Assembly: GCF_001465295.1 (NCBI RefSeq)
Contig: NZ_CP011034.1
Span: 3,180,001 to 3,212,000, forward strand
From: Pseudoalteromonas translucida KMM 520
GTDB taxonomy: Bacteria; Pseudomonadota; Gammaproteobacteria; Enterobacterales; Alteromonadaceae
Length of the DNA: 32,000 nucleotides
Reading direction: 5' to 3'
Part shown: piece by piece, positions 28,353 to 32,000 of the stretch
How the letters are laid out: each line of letters begins with the position of its first letter
How positions within the stretch are numbered: position 1 is the first letter of the stretch
Made by a program: the position numbers and the translations under genes
Notes under the pieces: model-generated
Told to the model about the DNA's origin: nothing
Database searches by the model: none
Seen by the model: the letters and a program-made list of their open reading frames with translations, nothing else

Positions 28353-28664
28353 ATGTCAAACATAGTATCGCGCATATTAAGTAATGCCGTATTGTTTGCA
28401 CTCTTCATGAGTGTAAGTTTGACTTTGCATGCCAGTCCTAAAAACACACAACTAGACTCAAGTATAGTTACACCTCATTTTATTGCTTGTGACACTCCTG
28501 ATCAAACAAATCCCGACATAGACTTTGATTCTCATGCCTATGTTATTAGCCTTAGGGTACTGCAACCACTCCCTAAAGCACCCTACTCTTATTATCAAAG
28601 TACTATTTTAGACAAACCTTTTAGCTGCGCGCATCAGCGAGGCCCGCCTAGCTATTTAATTTAA
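28353..28664 (+). CDS. Hypothetical exported protein with C-terminal ...CAHQRGPPSYLI
   Basis: 103 aa. SD TAAGGT lies 8 nt upstream. Sec-type signal peptide MSNIVSRILSNAVLFALFMSVSLTLHA|SP. I recognise no family with confidence. See findings. Confidence 0.6.
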   Translation: MSNIVSRILSNAVLFALFMSVSLTLHASPKNTQLDSSIVTPHFIACDTPDQTNPDIDFDSHAYVISLRVLQPLPKAPYSYYQSTILDKPFSCAHQRGPPSYLI

Positions 28665-28714
28665 TAACCTACTTTTCAAACTATTAAATTTTATAACTAA
28701 ATAAGGTGACTAAT

Positions 28715-29296
28715 ATGTCTAACTTTAAAGAACTTCGTATTCAAGATATTTCTCATGGCGTTATTGCTAACACATTTGCTGTTGAACAACCGCTTATTGA
28801 TTTAACCTCTCCAGCTATTAAAATGATTAATAACTTTACGAATAAAATACCAGTGCGTGCATCATTTGAAACAACCATTGAGCAAGCGCTAAAACAACTT
28901 AGTGTACAACCTTCAAACTTTATTTTAGTCACCGACGAGCAGCATAAGCTAATAGGCATTGTTTCGAGTGCAGACTTGCAAAGCTCAAAAACAATGATAA
29001 TAGCCCAGCGTATAGGTTTGCCGCGCAGCGAAGTTAACTTACATCATTTAATGATCCCATTAACTAATTTACTCGGTGTAAGCATGCAAAGCTTAAGCTA
29101 CGCATGTATTGGCGATGCACTACAAACAATGGAGCACCATGGCGCTATGTTTTTATTAGTGACTACTGCTAATAATGAGATATGTGGCTTAATTTCAGCT
29201 CGCGAAATTGCCAAAACACTGCAAATACCTGTACATATAACCCCTATTGCTAACTCATTTAGTGAAGTACTAGAGAGCGTAGATCACCCCCATTAA
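28715..29296 (+). CDS. Stand-alone CBS-pair domain protein
   Basis: Two CBS-like repeats (SNFILVTDEQHKLIGIVSSADL and AMFLLVTTANNEICGLISAREI). Start moved from GTG 28706 to ATG 28715, which is 8 nt downstream of AAGGTG. Confidence 0.78.
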   Translation: MSNFKELRIQDISHGVIANTFAVEQPLIDLTSPAIKMINNFTNKIPVRASFETTIEQALKQLSVQPSNFILVTDEQHKLIGIVSSADLQSSKTMIIAQRIGLPRSEVNLHHLMIPLTNLLGVSMQSLSYACIGDALQTMEHHGAMFLLVTTANNEICGLISAREIAKTLQIPVHITPIANSFSEVLESVDHPH

Positions 29297-29337
29297 AGCG
29301 CTTTACAACAATTAAAGTTATCGCTTTAATTGTTACA

Positions 29338-29379
29338 TCTTAAAGCAAGCAAAATAGCTTGCTTTAAGACCTTTTTATT
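29338..29379 (+). terminator. Rho-independent terminator after the CBS gene
   Basis: TCTTAAAGCAAGC-aaaata-GCTTGCTTTAAGA (13-bp stem) followed by CCTTTTTATT. Confidence 0.75.
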
Positions 29380-29380
29380 A

Positions 29381-29388
29381 CCCCCCCC
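29381..29388. repeat. C8 homopolymer tract
   Basis: CCCCCCCC immediately after the terminator T-run, in an otherwise AT-rich spacer upstream of tex. Confidence 0.9.
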
Positions 29389-29465
29389 TGTGATATTATT
29401 CAAGCAATTGACCCGCCAGTTAAGTTAATTTAACTGGTCTTATTTTTGTTTTATAAGGTTTTTGC

Positions 29466-31790
29466 ATGAGCGATATCTCTGCACGTTTAGCCAGTGAGTT
29501 AAACGCACAACAGCAACAAGTTGTTGCAGCAACAAAGTTACTTGATGAAGGTGCAACAGTTCCTTTTATTGCCCGTTACAGAAAAGAAGTAACCGGCGGA
29601 CTAGACGACACGCAACTGCGGTTGTTAGAGCAAAGGTTGTCGTATTTACGAGAGCTTGAAGAGCGTCGTAGCTTTATTTTATCAACTATAGAGTCACAAA
29701 AAAAACTAACTGCAGCACTAAGTGCTGATATTAATGCTGCACAAAGTAAAACTGAGCTTGAAGATTTATACCTGCCTTATAAAGCAAAGCGTCGTACCAA
29801 AGGGCAAATAGCAATAGAGGCGGGATTAGAGCCGCTTGCCAATGCACTATTTAATGATGCGAACCTAGATCCAGAGCAGCAAGCTGAGCAGTTTGTGAGT
29901 GCAGATAAAGGCATAGCTGATACAAAATCAGCCCTTGAAGGTGCCAAGTTTATTTTAATGGAGCGTTTTGCCGAAGACGCCAAGTTACTCGCTAAGTTCA
30001 GAAGCTACATTAGTCAAAATGGGGTTATTGAAAGCAGCTTAATTAAAGGCCAAGAACAAGCTGGCGCTAAATATCGTGACTACTTTGAGCATCAAGAAGC
30101 TCTTAAAAAAGTACCTTCGCACCGTGCGCTTGCCATGCTTAGAGCCCGTAATGAAGGCATTTTACAGCTTAATATTAATCCTGAGCCAAGCTCAGAAAAT
30201 TCAGCGCAACTTTGTGCTCAAATGATAGCTGACCATTATCGCTTAGATATTAAAAACCAAGCAGCTAGCAGTTGGCTATTAACTGTGGTGCAGTGGGCGT
30301 GGAAAATTAAACTAGGCTTACACTTAGAAAATGAATTTTTAGCGGCTATGCGCGAAAAAGCCGAAACCGGTGCAATTGATGTATTTGCTAAAAACTTAAA
30401 AGATCTACTCATGGCCGCACCGGCTGGCCCGCGTACTACTCTAGGACTCGATCCTGGTTTACGTACCGGTTGTAAAATTGCGATTGTAGATAGCACTGGC
30501 AAACTTTTAACCACACAAACTATTTTCCCACATGCGCCACAAAATCACTGGGAAAAGTCTGTACGCACCTTAGAGCTACTTTGTCGTCAACATAAGGTTG
30601 AGCTTATTGCGATTGGTAATGGCACTGCGTCTCGCGAGTCTGATAAGTTAATTGCTGAACTAATGAAAGCTAATCCCGAGCTTAAACTAAATAAAATTAT
30701 GGTTAGCGAAGCGGGTGCATCGGTCTATTCTGCCTCTGAACTTGCTGCTAATGAATTTCCTAATTTAGACGTTTCTCTAAGAGGCGCGGTTTCTATTGCC
30801 CGTCGTTTACAAGACCCTCTAGCTGAGCTGGTTAAAATTGAGCCTAAAGCCATAGGTGTAGGTCAATACCAGCACGATGTATCGCAAAGCCAATTAGGGC
30901 AAAGCCTGATCTCAGTAGTAGAAGACTGTGTAAACTCTGTAGGCGTAGATTTAAATATGGCCTCGGTGCCATTACTAACCCGCGTTTCTGGTTTAAACAA
31001 AACTTTAGCGCAAAATATTGTTAACTACCGCGACGCTAATGGTTCGTTTGCAAAACGCAGTGAGCTTAAAAAAGTAGAACGTTTAGGGCCAAAAGCATTT
31101 GAACAAGCCGCTGGGTTTTTACGTATTAACAACGGCAGCGATCCGCTAGATAACTCATCTGTTCACCCAGAGGCTTACCCTGTTGTTAAACGCATTTGTG
31201 AGCACAATAGCATTGATGTAAATAGCTTAATGGGTAACAGCGACTTTTTAAATAAGTTAGCCGCTAACGACTACATTGACGATAAATTTGGTTTACCTAC
31301 GGTTACCGATATTATTAGCGAGCTTGATAAGCCCGGACGCGATCCTCGCCCTGAGTTTAAAACTGCTGAATTTAAAGCCGGCGTAGAAAAAATAAGCGAT
31401 CTAAAACCAGGGATGATTTTAGAAGGTGTTGTATCTAACGTCGCTAATTTTGGTGCTTTTGTTGATGTAGGTGTACATCAAGATGGTTTAGTACATATTT
31501 CATCAATTACTAATAAGTTTATCTCTGATCCGCGTGAAGTTGTTAAAGCCGGTGATATTGTAAAAGTTAAAGTAGTTGAAGTTGATGCAGCACGTAAACG
31601 CATTAGCTTTACCATGCGTCTAGATGACGACATTGATACCAGTAATAAGCCTGCAGCTCCTGCTGCGCAAAAGCCACGTGCTAACAACAGCTCACAGCCA
31701 AGAGCTGCTAAGCCAAAGCGTGATAATGGTAATGCGCTAATGGGTAATGCGTTTGCCGATGCATTTGCTAACGCTAAACTGAAAAAATAA
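29466..31790 (+). CDS. tex: Transcription accessory protein Tex (YqgF/RuvX-like, HhH and S1 RNA-binding domains)
   Basis: 774 aa with N-terminal [10 protein letters not shown], a YqgF-like region ([17 protein letters not shown]), HhH motifs and a C-terminal S1 domain ([31 protein letters not shown]). It is adjacent to greB, as yhgF is in E. coli. Confidence 0.95.
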   Translation: MSDISARLASELNAQQQQVVAATKLLDEGATVPFIARYRKEVTGGLDDTQLRLLEQRLSYLRELEERRSFILSTIESQKKLTAALSADINAAQSKTELEDLYLPYKAKRRTKGQIAIEAGLEPLANALFNDANLDPEQQAEQFVSADKGIADTKSALEGAKFILMERFAEDAKLLAKFRSYISQNGVIESSLIKGQEQAGAKYRDYFEHQEALKKVPSHRALAMLRARNEGILQLNINPEPSSENSAQLCAQMIADHYRLDIKNQAASSWLLTVVQWAWKIKLGLHLENEFLAAMREKAETGAIDVFAKNLKDLLMAAPAGPRTTLGLDPGLRTGCKIAIVDSTGKLLTTQTIFPHAPQNHWEKSVRTLELLCRQHKVELIAIGNGTASRESDKLIAELMKANPELKLNKIMVSEAGASVYSASELAANEFPNLDVSLRGAVSIARRLQDPLAELVKIEPKAIGVGQYQHDVSQSQLGQSLISVVEDCVNSVGVDLNMASVPLLTRVSGLNKTLAQNIVNYRDANGSFAKRSELKKVERLGPKAFEQAAGFLRINNGSDPLDNSSVHPEAYPVVKRICEHNSIDVNSLMGNSDFLNKLAANDYIDDKFGLPTVTDIISELDKPGRDPRPEFKTAEFKAGVEKISDLKPGMILEGVVSNVANFGAFVDVGVHQDGLVHISSITNKFISDPREVVKAGDIVKVKVVEVDAARKRISFTMRLDDDIDTSNKPAAPAAQKPRANNSSQPRAAKPKRDNGNALMGNAFADAFANAKLKK

Positions 31791-31824
31791 TACTTATATA
31801 GCTCAGAATAAATCTAGCTAAAAA

Positions 31825-31851
31825 TAAAAAAACCGCGTTAGCGGTTTTTTT
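31825..31851 (+). terminator. Rho-independent (potentially bidirectional) terminator after tex
   Basis: AAAAAAACCGC-gtta-GCGGTTTTTTT. Confidence 0.85.
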
Positions 31852-31891
31852 ATTTTGATATTTTGATATTTTGATATTTTGATATTTTGAT
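31852..31891. repeat. Perfect tandem repeat (ATTTTGAT)x5
   Basis: Five identical head-to-tail 8-mers directly following the tex terminator T-run. Confidence 0.95.
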
Positions 31892-32000
31892 AAGAGCTTT
31901 AAGCTCAGTATTGCTTAAGCTACATAACTAACCTGATCTCTGGATAATAAACCTATCTCAAGCAGCTATTTTCAGCGCTAACTGCGTTGAATTTACTTGC

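Noticed and set aside
553-31687. Many 60-145-aa ORFs in the track lie antisense to, or out of frame within, long well-supported genes. Examples: 553-891, 1516-1731, 1674-1916, 2380-2589, 3055-3492, 5316-5735, 6358-6651, 6688-7014, 7765-7995, 11990-12178, 13087-13308, 14148-14438, 15653-15961, 16352-16558, 17378-17743, 18661-18873, 21167-21457, 23519-23890, 24169-24357, 24500-24715, 25117-25320, 25682-25954, 27050-27256, 28753-28959, 29777-29983, 30236-30514, 31478-31687.
   Set aside because: They are fully embedded in genes that have strong motif support on the other strand or frame. They show low-complexity or odd compositions (S/T/I/C-rich), have no SD sequences and contain no recognisable motifs. 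They are shadow ORFs.
31852-31891. The tandem ATTTTGAT repeats considered as a CRISPR array or as replication iterons.
   Set aside because: The units are 8 bp and contiguous with no spacers, which is far too short for CRISPR repeats. No cas or rep genes are nearby. It is a simple microsatellite.

Overview
This is a roughly 40% GC gammaproteobacterial chromosome segment. The gene content and the envZ-ompR / greB / tex neighbourhood suggest a marine Alteromonadales-like organism, possibly Pseudoalteromonas; that is a guess I cannot verify.

Contents from left to right:
- a YIP1-like membrane protein, probably cut by the window edge
- a MacA-like adaptor, ABC ATPase and FtsX-permease efflux operon
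- an exported EEP-family nuclease/phosphatase and a YfeK-like (DUF5329) protein
- a minus-strand operon of a YgaV/BigR-like ArsR repressor, an RND permease and an RND adaptor, divergent from a split ygaP-like pair (DUF2892 membrane peptide plus rhodanese)
- MipA/OmpV, then LysE with a small DUF4177-like ORF
- an MsbA-type ABC exporter, an OmpA-family lipoprotein, ChrA, and an MscS-family channel
- a PlsC/YihG-type acyltransferase
- divergent speA and speE
- a 1398-bp IS4-family element with 12-bp target duplications
- a secreted GH97 glycosidase
- envZ-ompR, then greB
- a small exported ORF and a CBS-pair protein
- tex

I found no tRNA or rRNA genes, CRISPR arrays, prophage genes or recognisable defence-island genes. 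I do not see a convincing new multi-gene system.

The items most worth follow-up are:
1. A signal-peptide ORF ending in ...QRGPPSYLI* just upstream of a CBS gene, wedged into the conserved greB-tex junction. It is a candidate translation-arrest leader.
2. A two-cysteine YgaV-like regulator co-transcribed with an RND pump and facing a split ygaP.
3. The IS4 copy, which sits in the loop of the speE terminator, appears to carry a 28-nt internal deletion, and has a dense GATC cluster at its left end.
4. A perfect 8-bp x5 tandem repeat after the tex terminator.

All family calls come from motif recognition and memory. No searches were run.
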